Source: Gordius albopunctatus
Taxonomy: Eukaryota
DNA length: 64,000 nucleotides
Reading direction: 5' to 3'
NCBI GenBank assembly: GCA_964276515.1
Contig: OZ193910.1
Coordinates: forward strand, 8,370,001 to 8,434,000
In this document: in pieces, positions 1 through 11,280 of the stretch
How positions within the stretch are numbered: position 1 is the first letter of the stretch
How the letters are laid out: every line of letters starts with the position of its first letter
The notes under the pieces: generated by a model
Seen by the model: the letters and a program-made list of their open reading frames with translations, nothing else
Databases searched by the model: none
Told to the model about the DNA's origin: nothing
Made by a program: the position numbers and the translations under genes

Positions 1-110
1 TATTTTCAGACGTTATTTCCATGATAAAAAGTTAAAATTTATCAGAATTAGAGAACCATTACTTTTAAATCATCATCGCATAGAGCATGTTTCAAAAATT
101 AAGCACTAAC

Positions 111-137
111 GTTGCGATACAACTAACTAATCGCAAC
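111..137. repeat. Intra-monomer inverted repeat GTTGCGAT-(11 nt)-ATCGCAAC (first instance; present in most monomers)
   Basis: 111-118 GTTGCGAT is the exact reverse complement of 130-137 ATCGCAAC. It is accompanied by two AACGTT palindromes (108-113, 143-148). Confidence 0.9.
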
Positions 138-3100
138 AATATAACGTTGTCTTTTCTCAAAATGATTGTTCTCGCAGCTTAAAACTTCTTATAAGGAGTC
201 GATCGAGATTAATAGGATTCTCAAATCAGCTTACTTTTATATATTTTTTCAAGCTCTTTTACATAAAATAACAAAAAATATATTGTTCAGGTTAAAATAA
301 TTCACAATTTTTTCCTTTCGGCCATATTCAACCGATGAAAGTTGTTATTTTCAGACGTGATTTCCATGATAAAAAGTCAAAATTTATCAGAATTAGAGAA
401 CTGTTACTTTTAAATCATCATCGCATAGAGCATGTTTCAAAAATTAAGCACTAACGTTGCGATACAACAAACTAATCGCAACAAAATAACGTTGTCTTTT
501 CTCAAAATGATTGTTCTCGCAGCTTAAAACTTCTTTCTTAAGTCAATCGAGCATAAAAGGTTTCTCAAATTGGCTTACTTTAATATATTTTTTCAAGCTC
601 CTTTACATAAAATAACAAAAAATATATTTTTTCAGGATAAAATAATTCACAATTTTTTCCTTTCAACCATATTCAACTGATGAAAGTTGTTATTTTCAGA
701 CGTGATTTCCATGATAAAAAGTCAAAATTTATCAGAATTAGAGAACTATTACTTTTAAATCATCATCGCATAGAGCATGTTTCAAAAATTAAGCACTAAC
801 GTTGCGATACAACTAATCGCAACAATATAACGTTGTCTTTTCTCAAAATGATTGTTCTCGCAGCTTAAAACTTCTTATAAGGAGTCGATCGAGATTAATA
901 GGATTCTCAAATGAGCTTACTTTTATATATTTTTTCAAGCTCTTTTACATAAAATAACAAAAAATATATTGTTCAGGTTAAAATAATTCACAATTTTTTC
1001 CTTTCAACCATATTCAACCGATGAAAGTTGTTATTTTCAGACGTGATTTCCATGATAAAAAGTCAAAATTTATCAGAATTAGAGAACTGTTACTTTTAAA
1101 TCATCATCGCATAGAGCATGTTTCAAAAATTAAGCACTAACGTTGCGATACAACAAACTAATCGCAACAAAATAACGTTGTCTTTTCTCAAAATGATTGT
1201 TCTCGCAGCTTAAAACTTCTTTCTTAAGTCAATCGAGCATAAAAGGTTTCTCAAATTGGCTTACTTTAATATATTTTTTCAAGCTCCTTTACATAAAATA
1301 ACAAAAAATATATTTTTTCAGGATAAAATAATTCACAATTTTTTCCTTTCAACCATATTCAACTGATGAAAGTTGTTATTTTCAGACGTGATTTCCATGA
1401 TAAAAAGTCAAAATTTATCAGAATTAGAGAACTATTACTTTTAAATCATCATCGCATAGAGCATGTTTCAAAAATTAAGCACTAACGTTGCGATACAACT
1501 AATCGCAACAATATAACGTTGTCTTTTCTCAAAATGATTGTTCTCGCAGCTTAAAACTTCTTATAAGGAGTCGATCGAGATTAATAGGATTCTCAAATGA
1601 GCTTACTTTTATATATTTTTTCAAGCTCTTTTACATAAAATAACAAAAAATATATTTTTCAGGTTTAAATAATTCACAATTTTTTCCTTTCAACCATATT
1701 CAACCGATGAAAGTTGTTATTTTCAGACGTGATTTCCATGATAAAAAGTTAAAATTTATCAGAATTAGAGAACTATTACTTTTAAATCATCATCGCATAG
1801 AGCATGTTTCAAAAATTAAGCACTAACGTTGCGATACAACTAACTAATCGCAACAATATAACGTTGTCTTTTCTCAAAATGATTGTTCTCGCAGCTTAAA
1901 ACTTCTTATAAGGAGTCGATCGAGATTAATAGGATTCTCAAATCAGCTTACTTTTATATATTTTTTCAAGCTCTTTTACATAAAATAACAAAAAATATAT
2001 TGTTCAGGTTAAAATAATTCACAATTTTTTCCTTTCGGCCATATTCAACCGATGAAAGTTGTTATTTTCAGACGTGATTTCCATGATAAAAAGTTAAAAT
2101 TTATCAGAATTAGAGAACCATTACTTTTAAATCATCATCGCATAGAGCATGTTTCAAAAATTAACCACTAACGTTGCGATACAACTAACTAATCGCAACA
2201 AAATAACGTTGTCTTTTCTCAAAATGATTGTTCTCGCAGCTTAAAACTTCTTTCTTAAGTCAATCGAGCATAAAAGGTTTCTCAAATTGGCTTACTTTTA
2301 TATATTTTTTCAAGCTCTTTTACATAAAATAACAAAAAATATATTGTTCAGGTTAAAATAATTCACAATTTTTTCCTTTCAACCATATTCAACCGATGAA
2401 AGTTGTTATTTTCAGACGTGATTTCCATGATAAAAAGTTAAAATTTATCAGAATTAGAGAACCATTACTTTTAAATCATCATCGCATAGAGCATGTTTCA
2501 AAAATTAAGCACTAACGTTGCGATACAACTAACTAATCGCAACAATATAACGTTGTATTTTCTCAAAATGATTGTTCTCGCAGCTTAAAACTTCTTTCTG
2601 AAGTCAATCGAGGATAAAAGGTTTCTCAAATCAGCTTACTTTTATATATTTTTTCAAGCTCTTTTACATAAAATAACAAAAAATATATTTTTCAGGTTTA
2701 AATAATTCACAATTTTTTCCTTTCAACCATATTCAACCGATGAAAGTTGTTATTTTCAGACGTGATTTCCATGATAAAAAGTTAAAATTTATCAGAATTA
2801 GAGAACTATTACTTTTAAATCATCATCGCATAGAGCATGTTTCAAAAATTAAGCACTAACGTTGCGATACAACTAACTAATCGCAACAATATAACGTTGT
2901 CTTTTCTCAAAATGATTGTTCTCGCAACTTAAAACTTCTTATAAGGAGTCGATCGAGATTAATAGGATTCTCAAATCAGCTTACTTTTATATATTTTTTC
3001 AAGCTCTTTTACATAAAATAACAAAAAATATATTGTTCAGGTTAAAATAATTCACAATTTTTTCCTTTCGGCCATATTCAACCGATGAAAGTTGTTATTT

Positions 3101-6100
3101 TCAGACGTGATTTCCATGATAAAAAGTTAAAATTTATCAGAATTAGAGAACCATTACTTTTAAATCATCATCGCATAGAGCATGTTTCAAAAATTAAGCA
3201 CTAACGTTGCGATACAACTAACTAATCGCAACAAAATAACGTTGTCTTTTCTCAAAATGATTGTTCTCGCAGCTTAAAACTTCTTTCTTAAGTCAATCGA
3301 GCATAAAAGGTTTCTCAAATTGGCTTACTTTAATATATTTTTTCAAGCTCTTTTACATAAAATAACAAAAAATATATTTTTTCAGGATAAAATAATTCAC
3401 AATTTTTTCCTTTCAACCATATTCAACTGATGAAAGTTGTTATTTTCAGACGTGATTTCCATGATAAAAAGTTAAAATTTATCAGAATTAGAGAACCATT
3501 ACTTTTAAATCATCATCGCATAGAGCATGTTTCAAAAATTAAGCACTAACGTTGCGATACAACGAACTAATCGCAACAATATAACGTTGTCTTTTCTCAA
3601 AATGATTGTTCTCGCAGCTTAAAACTTCTTATAAGGAGTCGATCGAGATTAATAGGATTCTCAAATAAGCTTACTTTTATATATTTTTTCAAGCTCTTTT
3701 ACATAAAATAACAAAAAATATATTGTTCAGGTTAAAATAATTCACAATTTTTTCCTTTCGGCCATATTCAACCGATGAAAGTTGTTATTTTCAGACGTGA
3801 TTTCCATGATAAAAAGTTAAAATTTATCAGAATTAGAGAACCATTACTTTTAAATCATCATCGCATAGAGCATGTTTCAAAAATTAAGCACTAACGTTGC
3901 GATACAACTAACTAATCGCAACAAAATAACGTTGTCTTTTCTCAAAATGATTGTTCTCGCAGCTTAAAACTTCTTTCTTAAGTCAATCGAGCATAAAAGG
4001 TTTCTCAAATTGGCTTACTTTAATATATTTTTTCAAGCTCTTTTACATAAAATAACAAAAAATATATTTTTTCAGGATAAAATAATTCACAATTTTTTCC
4101 TTTCAACCATATTCAACTGATGAAAGTTGTTATTTTCAGACGTGATTTCCATGATAAAAAGTTAAAATTTATCAGAATTAGAGAACCATTACTTTTAAAT
4201 CATCATCGCATAGAGCATGTTTCAAAAATTAAGCACTAACGTTGCGATACAACGAACTAATCGCAACAATATAACGTTGTCTTTTCTCAAAATGATTGTT
4301 CTCGCAGCTTAAAACTTCTTATAAGGAGTCGATCGAGATTAATAGGATTCTCAAATAAGCTTACTTTTATATATTTTTTCAAGCTCTTTTACATAAAATA
4401 ACAAAAAATATATTTTTCAGGTTAAAATAATTCACAATTTTTTCCTTTCAACCATATTCAACCGATGAAAGTTGTTATTTTCAGACGTGATTTCCATGAT
4501 AAAAAGTTAAAATTTATCAGAATTAGAGAACCATTACTTTTAAATCATCATCGCATAGAGCATGTTTCAAAAATTAAGCACTAACGTTGCGATACAACTA
4601 ACTAATCGCAACAATATAACGTTGTCTTTTCTCAAAATGATTGTTCTCGCAGCTTAAAACTTCTTATAAGGAGTCGATCGAGATTAATAGGATTCTCAAA
4701 TCAGCTTACTTTTATATATTTTTTCAAGCTCTTTTACATAAAATAACAAAAAATATATTGTTCAGGTTAAAATAATTCACAATTTTTTCCTTTCGGCCAT
4801 ATTCAACCGATGAAAGTTGTTATTTTCAGACGTGATTTCCATGATAAAAAGTCAAAATTTATCAGAATTAGAGAACTGTTACTTTTAAATCATCATCGCA
4901 TAGAGCATGTTTCAAAAATTAAGCACTAACGTTGCGATACAACGAACTAATCGCAACAATATAACGTTGTCTTTTCTCAAAATGATTGTTCTCGCAGCTT
5001 AAAACTTCTTATAAGGAGTCGATCGAGATTAATAGGATTCTCAAATAAGCTTACTTTTATATATTTTTTCAAGCTCTTTTACATAAAATAACAAAAAATA
5101 TATTTTTCAGGTTAAAATAATTCACAATTTTTTCCTTTCAACCATATTCAACCGATGAAAGTTGTTATTTTCAGACGTGATTTCCATGATAAAAAGTTAA
5201 AATTTATCAGAATTAGAGAACCATTACTTTTAAATCATCATCGCATAGAGCATGTTTCAAAAATTAAGCACTAACGTTGCGATACAACTAACTAATCGCA
5301 ACAATATAACGTTGTCTTTTCTCAAAATGATTGTTCTCGCAGCTTAAAACTTCTTATAAGGAGTCGATCGAGATTAATAGGATTCTCAAATCAGCTTACT
5401 TTTATATATTTTTTCAAGCTCTTTTACATAAAATAACAAAAAATATATTGTTCAGGTTAAAATAATTCACAATTTTTTCCTTTCGGCCATATTCAACCGA
5501 TGAAAGTTGTTATTTTCAGACGTGATTTCCATGATAAAAAGTCAAAATTTATCAGAATTAGAGAACTGTTACTTTTAAATCATCATCGCATAGAGCATGT
5601 TTCAAAAATTAAGCACTAACGTTGCGATACAACTAACTAATCGCAACAATATAACGTTGTCTTTTCTCAAAATGATTGTTCTCGCAGCTTAAAACTTCTT
5701 TCTAAAGTCAATCGAGCATAAAAGGTTTCTCAAATCAGCTTACTTTTATATATTTTTTCAAGCTCTTTTACATAAAATAACAAAAAATATATTTTTCAGG
5801 TTAAAATAATTCACAATTTTTTCCTTTCAACCATATTCAACCGATGAAAGTTGTTATTTTCAGACGTTATTTCCATGATAAAAAGTTAAAATTTATCAGA
5901 ATTAGAGAACCATTACTTTTAAATCATCATCGCATAGAGCATGTTTCAAAAATTAAGCACTAACGTTGCGATACAACTAACTAATCGCAACAATATAACG
6001 TTGTCTTTTCTCAAAATGATTGTTCTCGCAGCTTAAAACTTCTTATAAGGAGTCGATCGAGATTAATAGGATTCTCAAATCAGCTTACTTTTATATATTT

Positions 6101-8078
6101 TTTCAAGCTCTTTTACATAAAATAACAAAAAATATATTGTTCAGGTTAAAATAATTCACAATTTTTTCCTTTCGGCCATATTCAACCGATGAAAGTTGTT
6201 ATTTTCAGACGTGATTTCCATGATAAAAAGTCAAAATTTATCAGAATTAGAGAACTGTTACTTTTAAATCATCATCGCATAGAGCATGTTTCAAAAATTA
6301 AGCACTAACGTTGCGATACAACAAACTAATCGCAACAAAATAACGTTGTCTTTTCTCAAAATGATTGTTCTCGCAGCTTAAAACTTCTTTCTTAAGTCAA
6401 TCGAGCATAAAAGGATTCTCAAATTGGCTTACTTTAATATATTTTTTCAAGCTCCTTTACATAAAATAACAAAAAATATATTTTTTCAGGATAAAATAAT
6501 TCACAATTTTTTCCTTTCAACCATATTCAACTGATGAAAGTTGTTATTTTCAGACGTGATTTCCATGATAAAAAGTCAAAATTTATCAGAATTAGAGAAC
6601 TATTACTTTTAAATCATCATCGCATAGAGCATGTTTCAAAAATTAAGCACTAACGTTGCGATACAACTAATCGCAACAATATAACGTTGTCTTTTCTCAA
6701 AATGATTGTTCTCGCAGCTTAAAACTTCTTATAAGGAGTCGATCGAGATTAATAGGATTCTCAAATGAGCTTACTTTTATATATTTTTTCAAGCTCTTTT
6801 ACATAAAATAACAAAAAATATATTGTTCATGTTAAAATAATTCACAATTTTTTCCTTTCAACCATATTCAACCGATGAAAGTTGTTATTTTCAGACGTGA
6901 TTTCCATGATAAAAAGTTAAAATTTATCAGAATTAGAGAACCATTACTTTTAAATCATCATCGCATAGAGCATGTTTCAAAAATTAAGCACTAACGTTGC
7001 GATACAACTAACTAATCGCAACAATATAACGTTGTCTTTTCTAAAAATGATTGTTCTCGCAGCTTAAAACTTCTTATAAGGAGTCGATCGAGATTAATAG
7101 GATTTTCAAATCAGCTTACTTTTATATATTTTTTCAAGCTCTTTTACATAAAATAACAAAAAATATATTTTTCAGGTTAAAATAATTCACAATTTTTTCC
7201 TTTCAACCATATTCAACCGATGAAAGTTGTTATTTTCAGACGTGATTTCCATGATAAAAAGTCAAAATTTATCAGAATTAGAGAACTATTACTTTTAAAT
7301 CATCATCGCATAGAGCATGTTTCAAAAATTAAGCACTAACGTTGCGATACAACTAATCGCAACAATATAACGTTGTCTTTTCTCAAAATGATTGTTCTCG
7401 CAGCTTAAAACTTCTTATAAGGAGTCGATCGAGATTAATAGGATTCTCAAATCAGCTTACTTTTATATATTTTTTCAAGCTCTTTTACATAAAATAACAA
7501 AAAATATATTGTTCAGGTTAAAATAATTCACAATTTTTTCCTTTCAACCATATTCAACCGATGAAAGTTGTTATTTTCAGACGTGATTTCCATGATAAAA
7601 AGTTAAAATTTATCAGAATTAGAGAACCATTACTTTTAAATCATCATCGCATAGAGCATGTTTCAAAAATTAAGCACTAACGTTGCGATACAACTAATCG
7701 CAACAATATAACGTTGTCTTTTCTCAAAATGATTGTTCTCGCAGCTTAAAACTTCTTATAAGGAGTCGATCGAGATTAATAGGATTCTCAAATGAGCTTA
7801 CTTTTATATATTTTTTCAAGCTCTTTTACATAAAATAACAAAAAATATATTGTTCATGTTAAAATAATTCACAATTTTTTCCTTTCAACCATATTCAACC
7901 GATGAAAGTTGTTATTTTCAGACGTGATTTCCATGATAAAAAGTTAAAATTTATCAGAATTAGAGAACCATTACTTTTAAATCATCATCGCATAGAGCAT
8001 GTTTCAAAAATTAAGCACTAACGTTGCGATACAACTAACTAATCGCAACAAAATAACGTTGTCTTTTCTCAAAATGAT

Positions 8079-11000
8079 AGTTCTCGCCGCTTGAAACTTC
8101 TTATATGGAGTCGATCGAGAATAATAGGATTCTCAAATGAGCTTCTTTTAAATATTTTTTCAAGCTCTTTTACATAAAATAACAAAAATTATATTTTTGT
8201 AGCTCCGAATAATTCACAATTTTTTCCTTTCAAACATATTCATCCGATGAAAGTTGTTATTTTCAGACGTGATTTCCATGATAAAAAGTTAAAATTTATC
8301 AGAATTAGAGAACTATTACTTTGAAATAATCATCGCATAGAGAATGTTTTAAAAATTAAGCACTCACGTTGCGATACAACAAACTAATCGCAACAATATA
8401 ACGTTGTCTTTTCTCAAAATGATAGTTCTCGCAGCTTGAAACTTCTAATATGGAGTCGATCGAGAAAAATAGGATTCTCAAATGAGCTTACTTTTTTATA
8501 TTTTTTCAAGCTCTTTTACATAAAATAACAAAAAATATATTTTTTCAGGTCAAAATAATTCACAATTTTTTCCTTTCAACCATATTCAACCGATGAAAGT
8601 TTTTATTTTCTGACGAGATTTCCATGATAAAAAGTCAAAATTTATCAGAATTAGAAAACTATTACTTTTAAATCATCATCGCATAGAGCATTTTTCAAAG
8701 ATTAAGCACTCACGTTGCGATACAACAAACTAATCGCAACAATATAACGTTGTCTTTTCTCAAAATGATAGTTCTCGCAGCTTGAAACTTCTTATATGGA
8801 GTCGATCGAGAAAAATAGGATTCTCAAATGAGCTTACTTTTTTATATTTTTTCAAGCTCTTTTACATAAAATAACAAAAAATATATTTTTTCAGGTCAAA
8901 ATAATTCACAATTTTTTCCTTTCAACCATATTCAACCGATGAAAGTTTTTATTTTCAGACGTGATTTCCATGATAAAAAGTCAAAATTTATCAGAATTAG
9001 AAAACTATTACTTTTAAATCATCATCGCATAGAGCATTTTTCAAAAATTAAGCACTCACGTTGCGATACAACAAACTAATCGCAACAATATAACGTTCTC
9101 CTTTTCTCAAAATGATTGTTCTCGCAGCTTAAAAATTCTTATAAGGAGTCGATCGAGAATAATAGGATTCTCAAATGAGCTTACTTTTTTATATTTTTTC
9201 AAGCTCTTTTACATAAAATAACAAAAAATATATTTTTTCAGGTCAAAATAATTCACAATTTTTTCCTTTCAACCATATTCAACCGATGAAAGTTTTTATT
9301 TTCAGACGTGATTTCCATGATAAAAAGTCAAAATTTATCAGAATTAGAAAACTATTACTTTTAAATCATCATCGCATAGAGCATTTTTCAAAAATTAAGC
9401 ACTCACGTTGCGATACAACAAACTAATCGCAACAATATAACGTTCTCCTTTTCTCAAAATGATTGTTCTCGCAGCTTAAAAATTCTTATAAGGAGTCGAT
9501 CGAGAAAAATAGGATTCTCAAATGAGCTTACTTTTTTATATTTTTTCAAGCTCTTTTACATAAAATAACAAAAAATATATTTTTTCAGGTCAAAATAATT
9601 CACAATTTTTTCCTTTCAACCATATTCAACCGATGAAAGTTTTTATTTTCAGACGTGATTTCCATGATAAAAAGTCAAAATTTATCAGAATTAGAGAACT
9701 ATTACTGTGAAATCATCATCGCATAGAGCATTTTTCAAAGATTAAGCACTCACGTTGCGATACAACAAACTAATCGCAACAATATAACGTTGTCTTTTCT
9801 CAAAATGATAGTTCTCGCAGCTTGAAACTTCTAATATGGAGTCGATCGAGAAAAATAGGATTCTCAAATGAGCTTACTTTTTTATATTTTTTCAAGCTCT
9901 TTTACATAAAATAACAAAAAATATATTTTTTCAGGTCAAAATAATTCACAATTTTTTCCTTTCAACCATATTCAACCGATGAAAGTTTTTATTTTCAGAC
10001 GAGATTTCCATGATAAAAAGTCAAAATTTATCAGAATTAGAAAACTATTACTTTTAAATCATCATCGCATAGAGCATTTTTCAAAAATTAAGCACTCACG
10101 TTGCGATACAACAAACTAATCGCAACAATATAACGTTCTCCTTTTCTCAAAATGATTGTTCTCGCAGCTTAAAAATTCTTATAAGGAGTCGATCGAGAAT
10201 AATAGGATTCTCAAATGAGCTTACTTTTATATATTTTTTCAAGCTCTTTTACATAAAATAACAAAAAATATATTTTTTCAGTTCAAAATAATTCACAATT
10301 TTTTCCTTTCAACCATATTCAACCGATGAAAGTTTTTATTTTCAGACGTGATTTCCATGATAAAAAGTCAAAATTTATCAGAATTAGAAAACTATTACTT
10401 TTAAATCATCATCGCATAGAGCATTTTTCAAAAATTAAGCACTCACGTTGCGATACAACAAACTAATCGCAACAATATAACGTTCTCCTTTTCTCAAAAT
10501 GATTGTTCTCACAGCTTAAAAATTCTTATAAGGAGTCGATCGAGAATAATAGTATTCTCAAATGAGCTTACTTTTATATATTTTTTCAAGCTCTTTTACA
10601 TAAAATAACAAAAAATATATTTTTTCAAGTCAAAATAATTCACAATTTTTTCCTTTCAACCATATTCAACCGATGAAAGTTTTTATTTTCAGACGTGATT
10701 TCCATGATAAAAAGTCAAAATTTATCAGAATTAGAGAACTATTACTTTTAAATCATCATCGCATAGAGAATGTTTCAAAAATATAAACATTCACGTTGCG
10801 ATACAACAAACTAATCGCAACAATATAACGTTCTCCTTTTCTCAAAATGATTGTTCTCGCAGCTTAAAAATTCTTATAAGGAGTCGATCGAGAATAATAG
10901 GATTCTCAAATGAGCTTACTTTTATATATTTTTTCAAGCTCTTTTACATAAAATAACAAAAAATATATTTTTTCAGTTCAAAATAATTCACAATTTTTTC

Positions 11001-11280
11001 CTTTCAACCATATTAAACCGATGAAAGTTTTTATTTTTAGACGTGATTTCCATGATAAAAAGTCAAAATTTATCAGAATTAGAGAACTATTACTTTTAAA
11101 TCATCATCGCATAGAGAATGTTTCAAAAATATAAACATTCACGTTGCGATACAACAAACTAATCGCAACAATATAACGTTCTCCTTTTCTCAAAATGATT
11201 GTTCTCGCAGCTTAAAAATTCTTATAAGGAGTCGATCGAGAATAATAGGATTCTCAAATGAGCTTACTTTTATATATTTT
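8079..11280. repeat. Diverged satellite subfamily block (~9 monomers of 346-348 bp)
   Basis: Block-specific variants include GTTTTTATT (for GTTGTTATT), AGAAAACT, GCATTTTTC, CGTTCTCCTTTT, AAAAATTCTT, TATGGAGTC, GGTCAAAAT and AATATAAACATTCAC. GCGATAC anchors lie at 8371, 8717, 9063, 9410, 9757, 10103, 10450, 10798 and 11146, giving periods of 346-348. Confidence 0.9.

Noticed and set aside
121..130. Telomere-like AACTAACTAA (TTAG repeats on the minus strand)
   Set aside because: Only ~2.5 copies of a 4-mer, which is not TTAGG, TTAGGG or TTTAGGG, and it is polymorphic.
316..335. CENP-B box-like motif near TTCGGCCATATTCAACCG
   Set aside because: Only TTCG matches the nTTCGnnnnAnnCGGGn consensus, and that variant is present in only a subset of monomers.
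1..345. Tandem 5S rRNA, tRNA, snRNA or spliced-leader gene repeat
   Set aside because: 28% GC with no recognisable 5S, tRNA cloverleaf or A/B-box, or snRNA sequence on either strand. An Rfam/Infernal scan would be the formal test.
1..345. Assignment to a named ~340-360-bp satellite family or to a functional centromere
   Set aside because: Similar length and AT content are not evidence of homology and I do not recognise the sequence. This needs BLAST/Repbase/Dfam comparison and CENP-A/CENH3 data.
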